NCBI GenBank assembly: GCA_001643675.2
Contig: LSRY02000005.1
Location: 558,001 to 622,000, forward strand
Direction: 5' to 3'
Length of the DNA: 64,000 nucleotides
Source of the DNA: Monocercomonoides exilis PA203
Taxonomy: Eukaryota > Protista > Preaxostyla
Made by a program: the position numbers and the translations under genes. Under the pieces are notes generated by a model that saw nothing but the letters and a program-made list of their open reading frames with translations, had not been told where the DNA came from and ran no database searches. Shown piece after piece: positions 33,709-47,409 of this stretch; the stretch's first letter is position 1; each line of letters begins with the position of its first letter.

Positions 33709-36700
33709 ATGATGAGTTGTTTTGTTTTTATTTTTTTGTTCTGCGCAAACTTATCTTGTGATGTTGGAGAATTCTATTTTCTTGAAAATCCTAGTAAAAA
33801 CTGCTTCAGAAAAGACGTTGTTGTTCGTGATATTCTTGAACCACGTTGCGATTGTGAAAGAAATCGAGAGTGTCTTGCTGAGAACGCATGCCTTCATCAA
33901 TCACACGAAATTCACAAGGACAATAGAAAGCACTCATATGAACTTGCATCCATTTCAGCACCAGTTTCCATCTGCAATTCTTCTTTGAGTTTTTATTCTC
34001 TTCAATTAAATCCCAAAGGAAACGGTACAGTTGCATCGTTGTCTGACCAATCAACGTTTTTTGTGGGCAGTTGTCTGCTTTCTTTGTCCCAAGTGTCGGG
34101 TGCCGATTTTGTTCATTCGTGGGGCGGGTCAATGTGCTTTTTCAATTTGTCGTTGGCTCTGTCTGGACCGAACTGCCTTGTTCATTCGCTGATTTCGTTT
34201 CCTGAAGCAAGCGCACAGCAGGCACATCGAAATAGCATCAAGCTCATGGGCTCTTCGTTTTCGTCCTTCAGACTGTTTGATTCGCAACCGCTTGTCCAAT
34301 CTTCGTGCTGTGATGTGATAAAGATTGAGCTCTGCTCCTTTGAAAACATATCTCAGGAGCATGCAAGGAACAACGTTTCTTCTGCACAATGTTCGTCATT
34401 CACATTGGCATCGTGCATCATTTGCTCGATCGTCAACCCAACAGAAGGCTGCATTGCACCAAAAATATCAGATGGATCACTTCATTTTTTGAATTCTTCG
34501 TTTTTGAGATGCTCCAAAACTGCTGGCCAGAAAATTAATCACACAGGTTCGGAGAACACACTTGTGGACAACTGCTTGTATGAAGACTTTAATGGAGATT
34601 GCATATCTCACGAGTCTGTTGGCTTTTGCTATGTTCACAATACTGACTTTATGAATGGAACAGCATGCACGTGTATCTTTGAAAGAAATAGCAGCGAAAC
34701 TCAATCTTTGAACAACTCTTTCAATTCAATAACAACTCCCATTTACGCATCATGTTTAAATCTTTGTCAGGGAACTGGTCCAATGGCAGTCCAAAATAAC
34801 AATATGACATCTTGCGAAGCAATTTGGGGCGGAGGTTGTTGCCATTTTCATAGTGGATTTTCAAATGCAGATATAATATCAGATTGTTCGTTTAAAAATT
34901 GCTTTGTGACAAGTAGTAGCATTTATTGCAATGGAGGAGGAGCAATTTGGAACGGAGAGGGGGCAAAAGTGTCGTATTCAAATGTTGCTTTTGAAAACTG
35001 CTGCGCCAATGAAACAGTTGGAGGGGCAATCTATTTTGATTCAAGAGATGGATATTTGGAGCATCACAGTTCACTTTCTTTTTGTTTATTTGTTGATTGC
35101 GATGCACTTGGTGATGGAAAAGATATCTATGCAGAAAATCCATGGCAAGATGTGTTAACGGAGGATCGTTTTGTTTCATGTTGGACTAATGCATCCTCTG
35201 AGTCAAATCGTTTGGTATTTGCAATTTATGGAGATAAAACATCATGGATCAGAAAACCGAGACATATATTTGCATCTATGACTGGTGTGAACAAATTTTC
35301 ATGCGGCTGGGAGAATTCACCTTGTCAAACATTATCATATTCAATTGACACAGCTTTTGCATCAAACAAAACCTTTCCAATTCACATAAAAATTGGAGCA
35401 GGAGTTTATACAGAGAAACCGCTTGTGATTGATTCTAAATATCTGGTTTTCGAAGGGTCAAGCAATTTTGGAACAAAGTTGAGTGCCAGTTCTGTGAATG
35501 CCAAAGCGCTTGTTGAAGTGTCATCTGGGTATGCCTCTATGCTCGGGTTATTCATCATCAGGAACTCTTCTGCGTCGACTGATCTGCCGTTGTTCTCTGT
35601 TTCTTCAGCATCTGGGGAGCTTGTGTTCTGCTTGTGCAAAATATCAGCTGAACCATCGCAAGTTTCTCCATTCACAACAGCATTTGCAGCAGTGTCGGCT
35701 GGTCTCTTGAACATGTCGAGCACGACTGTTGAGTCGATGATATTATCGGATGTGTCAGCTGTTAGGATGGAGTCGTCGACGCTGCACTGATTCAATTTCG
35801 AGAATGCGAGTTTCGGAGGCATCACGCGAGGCGAAGGGAGCGGATCGGTGTTTGATGTGACTTTGGTGAGTGGGGATGAATTGGATTTGGATGAGGTGTC
35901 ATTCAGCGGATGTGTGTGCAGCAAAGGGGATGGAGGGTCTGTGAGCTGTGTTCTGGAGGGAGGTGGGAGATTGATGCTTGGCACCACAAAAAGAATTGAA
36001 ATGGAGGGATGTGGAGTGCCGCAGGACAGCATCAGGAAAGGAAAAGGGGGAGGAGTGCATCTGAAAGTGGCAGGGCGTTCGTCGAGCTTTGCGATATGTG
36101 ATGTTGGGTTTGGCAGATGCGCAGCGTGGAAGGGAAACAACATATTTGTTGATGCGATCTCGTTGAGCGTGTCGATAACAAGGAGCACATTCGGGTTTGT
36201 GGAGACAGGGATGAGTGACGATGATCTGATGGGGTTTGAAGAGCAGTGCAGGGCAGATCCAGTTCCGCTTCTGGCATATCTGCAGGTGTTTTCTGGGGCA
36301 GCTGTTGTTGGAGGAGCGAAAAGGCGAGATTTCTCGGGGTGTGGGACAGCGAACTATCCGTGTGGGAGCATTGGATATGCAGCAGGACTTCGGTTTGGGA
36401 GCAGGAAAAGAATAATCACGCTGAATGGAGACTTTGAATGGACAGAGTCGGTGGTGTTTGATGCGTTTGAGTGGGAGGTGAAAAGTCCCACGAGAGGGCA
36501 AGAAACAAAAGTGTCGAGCGGAGGCACGAGCACAGCGGAAGGAATGGTGACTGTTGAGATTGGATCGCTCATTGCGAACCTGAGCTTTTCAGCAGCTGCG
36601 GAGCTTGGGAGGCATTCTTGGTTCATATTGTGCCAGTGTGGCGAGCTGTCGATGGCTGACTGCTCGCTGAAATGCTCATCGAGTGGAAATGTTGCATTTG

Positions 36701-39700
36701 GGTTTGGGTTCATAAAGATAAACGGAGGGAGCCTGCTATTGAGCAGATTTTCCACAGCATCGCAGATTGAGTTTGGGTCTGGTTCGCTGATCAGTCTGTC
36801 TGGAGCAGGGATGCTGAACTGCGATGGATGCACGATGAGCAGGATCAAGAGGGCGAGTGGAAACGGGGGGTGCATTTCGATTGAGAAGAACAATTTGCTG
36901 GGAAACAGCGGATGCAGGGAGATAACGATTGATGGATGCACCTTCAGTGATTGCTGTGTTGGTGGGAATGGAGGAGAAGGAGGAGAAGGAGGAGGGGTGA
37001 GCGCCTGGCTGGGTGAAAATGACATTCTGGTTGTGAATGGGTCGAGCTGTTTTGAGGAATGCCTTGCGCCAAGTGAAGAAGGATCAGGTGGAAAAGGAGG
37101 AGGAATGTGCATCCGCTGTGGGGATGGATCTTCCTCTTTTGAAATACGGAATGGAGTTGAGTTCTCAAAGGTGAAAGGGAACAAGGCAGAGTTTGGAAAG
37201 GATGTGTTTGTTGGGTGTGAGAGTGGGGTTTTGCTCTCCCAAATGATCAATTCGTCTTCGCTCGGATTTTTTGATTCGAGGAAGCTGCCAACAGACGCTT
37301 TGGGCTTGAGCGGGAGTGAAAATGGAGGTGATTCTGTTGTGATTCCTCTGCATGTGTATCTTTGCCGTCTTCAATCCGAAATTATCACAGACAGTGGAAA
37401 TGGTGTTGATCACACACACTGTGGATATGCTTCTTTTGCATGCTTATCAATCGATTACTGTGTTGGGAGCCGAATAAGCGACACATTGCACAACATCAAA
37501 GTTGTTTCAAGATCAGTTATCCAGCAGGAAATATCGATCTCTTCCACATCAGCGAATATCTATTCTGAGGCGCTTGTGCCAGTTTCAGTCAGAGACACAG
37601 GTGGGACAACTCAGGAAGGGCTGGTGATGTGTCTCTCTCCTGTTTTTCTGTCGAATCTGTCGCTGAGTGTGCCGAGAGCATTTGGAGCAGCAAGAAAAGC
37701 ATTTCTTTTCTGTTCATCATCGCTTTCCATTGCCAACTGCTGTGTGGAATGCTCCTCAGAAAATGCAGGCGATCCTGTTTCTTTCAGTGTGATCTTTGTG
37801 AAGAGAGGAGATCTGGTGGTGAGTGAGTTAACAATGGAAGTTGGTGCAACATTCACATGTTCGCCAATTTGGATTTGGGATTACAATGCAGTCAGAATGG
37901 AGAACAGCAGCGTGTGTGGAATGAAGAGGATGAATGGCGATGGCGGGTGCCTTTTTATCAACGAGGCAAATGGAGATGGCAAAAGCATCACAATCCAAAA
38001 ATGCAACTTCAGTGGGATGTGTGATGAAGGGAATGGAATTCGAGGAGGGGGAGTCATGGGGGATGTTGGGAGCGGGAATGCTTTGAGCGTGAAAAGCACA
38101 AGTTTTGAGAACTGCATGGTGCCTTCGGATGGCAGTGAAAATGGAGGGAAAGGATTGGGGGGTGGGATGTATCTCTGCTTGAAGGAAAGCATCGGAAGCC
38201 TCGCCTTCGATAATATTTCATTCAGGAGCTGCAATGCCTGGAAAGGAAAGGAGCTGTTTGTTGATGGAGAAGATCTGAGGCAGATTGTTGGAGATTGGTT
38301 GCAATGTTTCAAAACAGAAACCATCCTGGAAGAAGACATGATGGGGTTTGAGAGAAGCACAACAAATCGCGAATTCCACATTCCGCTCATGCTGTATTTC
38401 CGAGCATTTGAAGAGCCTTGCTTCGTTGGCGGAGCAGAGGAGAAGAGCCTTGATTACACAGGATGTGGGTTTTCGGATTATCCGTGTGGAACGCTGCCAT
38501 ATGGGGGTTTTGTGCGATTTGGGGATTCGAAGGCGGATCTGAGGCTCACAGATCGCTTCTGCTTTGCTGATGCGATTGTTTTGAGTTCACAAGAGATGGA
38601 CATTGATGCAGGGGCAAACGGCACAGAGATAAATGTGGTGTCTGATGGAGCAGGAGAAGGCGAAGGACTCATCGAGACAAGCAATGCAATCTCATTCAGT
38701 GGAATCGCATTCAATGTTTCGACAACATTCGCAGCAGCTGAAAGAAAGAGTCTGTTCCTGTGCAGTGGCTCAGCCCTTTCGCTGGTTGATTGCTCGGTGA
38801 GCGCACAATCGAAGAAGATTGGGTTTGGATATGTGATTGTGAGGGGTGGGAGTCTCCATGTTCTGAGGGGAGTGTTGAACGAAATAGAGCTGGTGGGAGC
38901 GCCAGTGGTTGAATTGAGTGGCAGTGGCAGCAGATGCACACTGGAAGATGTGGAATGGAACAACCTGAAGACGGGATCGGCTGAAGGGCTTGTTGTTGCG
39001 AAGTCAAGCAGCCACGTTGAGATGAAAAACTCGAAGGTGTCAGGGCCGACGAAGTTTGAGAACCATGGGGTGCTGTTTGTGGAGGAGTCGTCGAGTGCAG
39101 CGGTTGAAAAGAGCAACTTCAGTCTTTTGACGAGGAACGAAGGAAACGGGGTGGTGATTGTGGGGAGAGTTGGAGGGGGAAAGACGTTGAGCGTGGACTG
39201 TTGCTCATTCACAACGATCAGCTGCATGGCGAGTGGCTCTCAAGGTGGAAGTGTCATCGCAAGTGTGTCTGCCAATGGGGAGCTGCTGTTCAACAACAAC
39301 ACGGTTGAAGAGAGCAAAGTGAGGAAAGTGGATGGGCTGGGGGGAGGACTGCACATGGAGTTTCTGAGCAGCGAGGTTGGATACTCGATGAGGAACAACA
39401 TATTCCGGAGCAACGATGCGATGCTGGGATACGATGTGTATCTTGTGTGCCCTGCGCCGCGGATGACGATCGACCGAAACAAGTGGGCAGGGTCGGCCAC
39501 AGAAGGCCAGGAGGAGGAAACGATGTGGGTGATTGACCCATCATTTCCGGATGGGACAGACACGCTTCTGAAGTATCTGTTTCCGAGAGCAGACGAAATA
39601 ATATATGTGAACACGCTCAATGGCCAAACAGACAAGTGTGGGGCCGACGATTATCCTTGCATTGAGCTGTGGTATGCCTCAAGGATGATGACCGAGGAGA

Positions 39701-42700
39701 AGCGGATCCTACGAGTTCTTTCATCGTGCGAGCTGAGCGGAGCAATAGAGAAGGAAAACGAGCCGATTACAATTGAAGGGAAAGGGGAGAATGGGAGTCG
39801 GGTGATTGTGGGGAAAGAGGGGCACTTGAAGATGGGTGTTGGAACCACGCTCACAACACTGACGATTTCGAAGATTGGATTTGAGCTGCCAGGAGCATCA
39901 GATTTTGCTGAGCTGGTGGAAGTTGGGGTGGGCAAAACGTATTTTGTGGAGTGCACATTCGGAAGTGCAGATCCAGAAGCACCAGCAGAGACAAGCATGC
40001 GGATAATTACAGGGAGAGGCGGAAGGATCTCGCTGGATGGAGTGACCATAAAGAACATGGAATATAAAACTGATTGTGGAATCTTTCTGAGCGGTGAGGT
40101 TTGGTGCACATTTGACGGTGTGGAAGTGAGCAACATCCGATCGAGCGGGAAAGGGATGGTTGTTGGGGAAGGGGGAACAGAGGTTTTGGTGAATGAATTG
40201 AGAAGCACAAACTGCACATTTGGGAATGGTGGATTTGTTGTGCTGAAGAAAGTGAAGATGCTGAAGTGGAAGAATGGGACGAGCATGACTGATTGCAGGA
40301 ACGAAGGAGGAAACGGGGGATGTGGGTTTATTTCAGTTGAGGGAGAAAGCGATGTTGAGATGAACGGGACAAGCATCAGGTCGTGTTCAGTGAACGAGGA
40401 AGGCGGAAGAGGAGGCGGGCTGTATCTGGAGATTTCAGAAAATTTCCTGGTGAGGATGAAGCTGACAGAAATGGTGTTTGCAGAGAATTGTGCGTTTGAG
40501 GGGAAAGACATGTTTGTTTTGAGCACAGATGTGAATGCGACAGTTGTGAGAGAAAGGTTTGCATTTCAGCTGCAGAACGAGAGAAACGAAAGCGTTGTTG
40601 ATCTGAAAGGTACAGATGATGTTTTGCTGAAAGGGTCTGTTGCAGATCTTCTGCTATTCCTGATCCAAAGGAAGGAGAACACGATTCTTGTATCAAGGGG
40701 TGGAATGGACATTCTGGGGTGTGGAAGTGCAGAATTCGGTTGCCTGTCGTTCTGGAGAGGATATGAAAACATCGATTTGGAAGCACCGAATCGAGTGATG
40801 CAAATTGACACAGGAGCAAACATCAAAAACCATTTCGATCTCTCATCGTTCAAAGTTGTGTCGAGGAAGGCAGATGAGAGGTGTGTGGTGCTGTTTGAGG
40901 ATGCCCTGGAAGGAGGTGAAGAGAAGTCAGTCATCCGAAACACGAAAGAACTGAAGTTGGAATTGGTTCAGCTTTTGCTTCCTTCATCATTCACAAACAA
41001 CGAAAATGTTCTTCTCCGCTCTTCATCAGCAGATTCATGCCTTTCGCTCAATGGATGCACCTTCAAGTGCAGCAGCGCATCAGACTTGGAGTTTTGCCTT
41101 ATTTGCTCTGAAGGAGGCGATGTTCAGCTGGAGATCTGTGATTTCTCTTCGCTGTCTTTCTCGTCAACGCCTGTTCGGCTGACATCGTCGTGTGAAATAA
41201 TCGGATGCAATTTCTCATCGATATCTGCGAAGCAGAGTCAAAAGGGAGGAGCAGTTTGTGTGGAGCTGTTGAATGAAGCAACATTTTCGATGAGACAAAC
41301 AGAAACAGTTGGCTGTGGATGCTCTGAAGAACATGGAAGAGGTGGGTTTGTGTTTGTTGAGTGCCAGGGTGCAATGGCTGACAATCCTTTTGTTTTTGGA
41401 GAGGATGTTTCGTTTGCTGGCCACAAGGCGCAGAGAGGGAAAAACACATTCATCTGGGCAGGGGATCTGAACAAAACAGTGACGCTGTCGACCTTCTGCT
41501 TTGACTTCAGGAAAAGCGGAGAAGACGAGCTGCTGTTTTGTGGGAGGGATTTGATCTGGGAAGACACCACGCTGCTGCGTTTCTTGGAGGCATTCACAAG
41601 CGCAACAATATTTGTGAGCTCTGGTGGATACGATATAATGAGATGCGGGAGCGCAGAGGATCCGTGCCGGAGTGTGTGGAAAGGGATGAGGCAGATAGAG
41701 GGAGGTGCTGGGCAGAAGTGGATGAAAATAGCCGATGAGACGGCTGTACAGGATATATTTGTGCTCTCCAACTTTGTTATTGAGCATGAAGAAACAGAAG
41801 AGGAAAGCCGAGGAAAGCTGATATTTGCGAGCAGGACAGCGGACAGGAGCGATGCAGGAATAAGGAGCGAGGGGGATGTGCAGCTGAAGAGGATTTCAGT
41901 TGTGGTGTCGGAAGGGTTTTGGAACGAGCAGCAGTATTCATTGGTTGGAAAAAGCGGGCTGATTTGGATGAGCGGTTGCTCGTTTGTTGCGGAGACGCGT
42001 GGAGATGTGGCCGCGAAGGTTGGACTTTTGGCGATGGAGAGCGGAGTGGTGAATGTGAGGAAGCTGGTGGTTGAGAATGTGATGTCGGAGGTGGGGGTGT
42101 TTACGATGGGCAATGGATGCGAGTGTGTGATGCAAGAAGTTGTGTGTTCGGGATGCACGTTTTCTGGCGAGGGATTTGTGAAAATAGCATCAGGCAGAAA
42201 TCGAAAGGAAGGAAAGAATGGAGTTGGATGCTCGGTTGCAATGAACGAGTCGACGTTCCAGCTGATCAGTCGGAGCAGCAACGGGCCTGCGATCATCAGT
42301 TCGGCAGGGTGTGTGGCGGAGCTGTCCATCAGGGGATGCACATTTGACTCGTGCAAGGCAGTGGGGTCGGAGAAGGGAGGGGGAGTGTTTGAGGAGGTTG
42401 AGAGTGAAGGAGCTCTATCAATGATCAAATCATCAGTGATTCAGTGTGGGTGCGACAATGGCAGGGGAAAGGGGGGAGGGATATACATATATTCCAGCTT
42501 TGGGGGAGCGCTGCGATTTGTGTTTGAGAAGATGACGTTCAAAGGGAACAGCGCGAAAGTGGGGAATGATGTGTTTGTGGAGTGTGTTGACATCGAGAGG
42601 CAGATCAACGAGACGCAGTTCTGCTTTGACTTGCGAGAAACAGCATACACGCGGCTGAATGCGATCTACGGGATGGACAGGACAAGCCACCAGAGCGACA

Positions 42701-45700
42701 CGAATCTGATGGACTTCATCACGATCCACCAGGCAGACACGATCATCCTGTCGTCTGCTCCGTCGAAGAATGGGAGGAACGAGAGGCAGTGTGGGACGCT
42801 GAAGCTCCCGTGCCTGACGATGGGGTATGGGCTGAGCCATTTGACGAACGATGTTGACAGCCGGCTTCTTGTGGATGGGGAGTCGTTTGTGGAAAAGGAG
42901 ATGGATCTGGAGGATGTTTCGGTGGCGTCTCGGAGGGACGATGCCTCGAAAGTTTCGATATTCCGAGACATTCCGCAAACAAGAGGGAGCGTGATAACAG
43001 CAAGAGGGAGTGTTTCTGTGACAAATATCGAGTTTTTCTTTGGTTCAGATTTTTCGACAGCGCACCGTGTTTTGGTTGCAGCAGAGGCAGGAAGCCTGTC
43101 TCTGCTTTCGTGTAGCTTTGCGCAGTCACAGGAGGAAAGCAGCACACAAGCAATCGGGCTGGGGCTTATCTCAGCTGAAGGGGGAGAAGTGGAGATAAGC
43201 AAGATGAACATCAGCCGAATTTGGCTTTGTGGTGAATCGGCGATTGAAATTGTTGATTCAGAAGAATCAGAAGAATCAGAAGGGAGAGTGGTGCTGTCAG
43301 AAATGAAAGTGGAAGATATTGTTCTGGATGAGGGAGCATTCATTCTGATTGACGGAGCACGATCATTGTCCGAGCAGGCGAAAAGTGGAAGAGAAAGATC
43401 AGTTGAACTGAAAGCAGTGTCTTTCAACAACGTTTCTTCTGCACAGGAAGAAGGAGGAGTTATTGGATGCTCAACGTTCAACGAAGGGATATATTTTGAC
43501 AACTGCAGTTTTGGGAACACATCGTCAAAGTCTGAAGGAGGAAGTGTAATGACTTTTTGCAGGTGCAGCAACGTGTCAATATATTGGAATGTGCTTCGAG
43601 GCGAGCCGGGTTATTCAGAAAGAGGTGGAAACAAGGAAGAAGCAGAGATTTGCGGATGGGCAACTTCGGCTGTTTCGTTTGTCAACAGCACAGCAACGTT
43701 GAAAGACACCACAATTGAGAACTTTTCGAAAGGAGGGGCGAGAGTGACAGGCGGGCAGTTGTTCATCGAGAAGGGTGAGTTTATGGGGAACGATCCAAGG
43801 ATTGAGGGATACCCATCAGCAAGGAGGAACATTGTGTGTGGAGGCAAAGGGAGTGTGGATGTTGGGAGTCTGAAAGGCGGAGACGGGCAGGAAATGAACG
43901 GATCGCTTTGGATGCTGAATGAAGGATGCAAGCTGAGCGGGATTGTGGAAGAAAGGAAAGCTTCTTTGTTTGTGTCCACTTTGGAAAGTGTGGCTGTGGA
44001 AGAGGAAGGAGCAGAGCTGAAGGTGGCATTCAAAGGGCAACTTCTTTTGCCTTGCAATTTGTCATTTCGGGTGGTGACAGCCATCCGGTCAGAAGCATTG
44101 GTGGTGCGATATGAGTTTGAATCAGAAGGGTTTGTCTCGGAAGATGAGACTTGGGGCAAAATACCTTCAAATTCAATTCGAGAGGTGGAAGAGGAAGCAG
44201 AGGTGACTGTTTCAATTCTTTTTGGGGATAAAGAGGCACCATCATCAACTGAAGCAATCATTCTGAAGAACAAAAGCAAGATACAAGCTGCTGGAGATGA
44301 TATTATTGTTGAAAGTGGAAAAGAAAAAATGTCATCATGGGCGTTGATTGTGATTGTTTTTTTGGTTATGATATTGTTGATTGTTCTTATCATTGCAGTT
44401 GCCTTTATTGTTCGATGGAAAAAGCAAAAGAGAAGAACGAAAGAATTGGAAGTGATTGTGGAAGACACAGTGAGGAAGGATCCGAAGCTGATTGAGATGG
44501 TGACAATGGAGATGTCTCCAGAGGCACAATGGCGAAGAGCAGAAAGAGAGGCAGAGAAAAAGAATGAGGAGAGGATAAAGAAGAGGGTGTATGAGAAAAG
44601 CTTGGGACACTCGGAGTCATCAGAGCATTTGCTGAGTGAATGTGGTTCCACTGAATATATTTTGGGGAGAGATTCAGATAAGATTCCTCAATGGATGCTG
44701 GAGAAGATTGATGAGAAGGAAATTGAGGAAGAGGAGACACGAAAAAGAACACCATCACCATCCATCTCATCCACTTCAACGACTGATTCAGATTCCATTT
44801 TTATCCGACCAGAGAGCATGTGTCCAACCACCTCGTCGATGTCGAATCTGGTGGATGCGATGGCCTGCTCATCGCCTCATGAGAAGCTGATTGTGGATCT
44901 GAGGGATTCGCTGTTCATGCTGCTGCATGGGCGGAACAAGACGAAGGAGATGGCGATCGGGACGGTGGAGGAGAGGATGGCGACAGGGGCGCAGATCCTG
45001 TTCTGGGTGGCTAATCTTGCTCTCCACTCGTTTGGGGAGATGGAAGTTCCGCTGGAGTCGCTGGACAGGCTGAGTCCGCACATTGTGCTGTTCTCGGAGC
45101 ACATGGTGATCTGTGTTGTGATGCACTCGGGGAGTTCATCGTCAGAGGATTCGGACACATCGTCTGTGTCATCGCTGAGCGTTGTCTCGTCGTCGTCGAA
45201 TGTGTCGGTGATGAGCGAGAGGTTCACGGACTCGCCGCCGCCGTCGTCGGCGTTTGAGGATGAAGAAGGGGAAAAGGAGTATTTGCGGTGGAGGGCGCCG
45301 GAGCTGCTGGAGGGGAGGAAGACGCATGCGACAAAGAAGTCTGTTGTGTTTTCGATGGGGATGATGCTGTGGGAGTGTGTGGCGCTGGCAATCCCGTTTG
45401 GGGAGTATGATGCAGAAACGGCGGGAGAGAAGGTGAGGCATGGAGAGCGGCCGGGGGTGTGGCGGGAGGAGTGGGCGGCGGGGGAAGTTGTGGAGAGCAT
45501 GGTGCGGCAGAAGGCAGGGGAGCGGGCGACGCTGGTGGATGTGAAGCGGGAGCTGTTCAAGCACTTTCCGTCGGGGACGGTGTTTGTGACGATGTCGGAT
45601 GCAATCGACTGCTATGGGTCGGGGTGGTGTGGGAGTGGAGATGGCAGGGACGAGTCTGGAAGCAGAAGCGGAAATCGAAGCGAAAGAGGAAATGAGAATG

Positions 45701-45723
45701 TGAAAGAGAAGAAAGTTGGGTGA
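33709..45723 (+). pseudogene. Giant type-I membrane receptor-pseudokinase (~4004 codons) interrupted by one in-frame TGA at 35788-35790 (pseudogene, readthrough or sequence error)
   Basis: ORFs 33709-35790 and 35848-45723 are in the same frame and read continuously: ..STLH*FNFENASFGGITRGEGSGSVFD... N-terminal signal-like MMSCFVFIFLFCANLSC, GGAI motifs, eight CG..C knuckle modules, TM, and the same kinase-like tail as 3-9017. Confidence 0.75.
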
Positions 45724-45840
45724 AAGCTAATAAAATTTAATGAAATGAAAAAATGAAATGGATTTGAAAGCGATCTTTTCTCTTCTTGATTTTGGATGCA
45801 CTCCTTTTTGGAGAGCCACTTTTTGTTTGTTCTGTTGTTT
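44819..45840 (+). repeat. Dispersed duplicate cassette, copy B (pseudokinase C-lobe plus 3'UTR)
   Basis: Matches 8100-9130. Confidence 0.9.
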
Positions 45841-46439
45841 GTGTTGTTTGAGTGTGCATATATGTAATTGCTGTATTGGGTTTCAATTTTTCGTTGAATG
45901 TTTATATTTCCCATCTTTTCATTCTTATTTGTTTTGATGTGATTATTTGGTTGAAGGTGTTTAATGAGCTTTGCATTAAATATGTGAAATTGTGTTTATT
46001 ATTCGTCAAAAAAAAACATGAAAATCAAGCATTTCACTCCTTGAAAAGCAATGATTTTTGAAAGGTTTTTCGCATCACAATTCACAGAAATAAGGTTTCT
46101 CCATTCTGAAAATAATTATTCTCAAAAGTATTGATCTTTTATTCTGGCATATGATAATATTTCACAGATATTGCATTATTCACAAAATCTAAAAATGAAG
46201 ACTTTTGTTCAATAGAAATTGTTAATAATACAAAATTTCTGAAAACTTTTTTAAATTATGCTTGAAATACAATTGTGAGATTAACAACAATGATATTGTT
46301 AGAATTGGGAGTGTGCACAAAAAAGGAAATATGATAAATGCAAAAGAATGATATTATCACATCAAGTTTTTTCAAATGGTTTATTAACAAATTTACCCAA
46401 TTCACTGACATTTTTTGCCAATATGGCATAATGATACTA

Positions 46440-46835
46440 CAGATATCGCATAAAATACCGGACATCGCACAAAATACCGGACAAGATCGATTTCTCAATA
46501 ACCGCAAGAGGAATAATTCTGACAATTTTCCTCAAAATATATCTCATTGATACAAACTCACATGACATACAAGACTTACAGGACAGCTTCGCTTGAGCTC
46601 AGAGAAAATAATTATTAAAATCTCGGAGAAATAGGATTTTGAGTTCCTCCGAGATAACAAAAATAATTTTTTCTGAGCTCAAGCGAAGCTGTCCTGAAAG
46701 TCTCGTTTATCAACTGAGTTTGAATCAATGAGATGTATTTTGAGGAAAATTGTCTGAATTTTTCTTTGTGCAGTTATTGAGATATCGATCTTGTCCGGTT
46801 TTTTGTGCGATGTCCGGTATTTTATGCGATATCTG
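46440..46835. mobile_element. 396-bp foldback/MITE-like palindromic element, copy 2 (diverged, inverted relative to copy 1)
   Basis: TA|CAGATATCGC...GCGATATCTG|TA, same length as copy 1. Arms are imperfect. The central spacer AAATAGGATTTTGAGTT resembles the reverse complement of the copy-1 spacer. Confidence 0.9.
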
Positions 46836-47409
46836 TATATGGTATTCACTGAAATAGAATAAAATTTATATGGCATGATTTCATTTATTATATAATTGTT
46901 TTTTATGTAAATGATTTTGTGCGGAAATGTTTTCTCATGAAATCGAAATAATTAGAAAAATCTTGATTTTCAAATTATTAATGGGATAAGATCAAAAAAT
47001 GATAATTGTTTTAAAAAATCATAAAACCGAGATCCGGTTGTGCAAAAGATAAAAAAACGTTTTTAATGATTGAGATGTTTGTTTAGGAGATGGAGATGGT
47101 GAAAATTGCTTCGGAATACATCCTTTTGATGAAATTAGAATTATGAAAAAAAAGAAATGATTTATTTTTTATTTTTTGTCAAACACACATTTCCGCAAAC
47201 TTTTATCATACGGCACATGCTTAAAACAACATATGTAATCAGAATATAGTGTTATTTGTGAAATTTGCAAAATGCTATATTGTACTATTATGCCGCCAAT
47301 ATTTCATTCATTTTTCATTGGGAATGCTCATTGGAGCATATCCACAAAATCACTTATTTCAATGAAAATTCGATATTTTGATATTAGATACAATGAGAAT
47401 AGAAAGGTT

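Noticed and set aside
35788-35790. Genome-wide stop-codon reassignment
   Set aside because: TGA, TAA and TAG each terminate other genes here, and the other long ORFs have no internal stops.
45753-45792. SECIS-like primary pattern ATGA-N11-AA-N18-GA in the receptor 3'UTR, which could explain the TGA
   Set aside because: The required helix II pairs poorly, and a near-identical UTR follows gene 3-9017, which has no TGA in the window.
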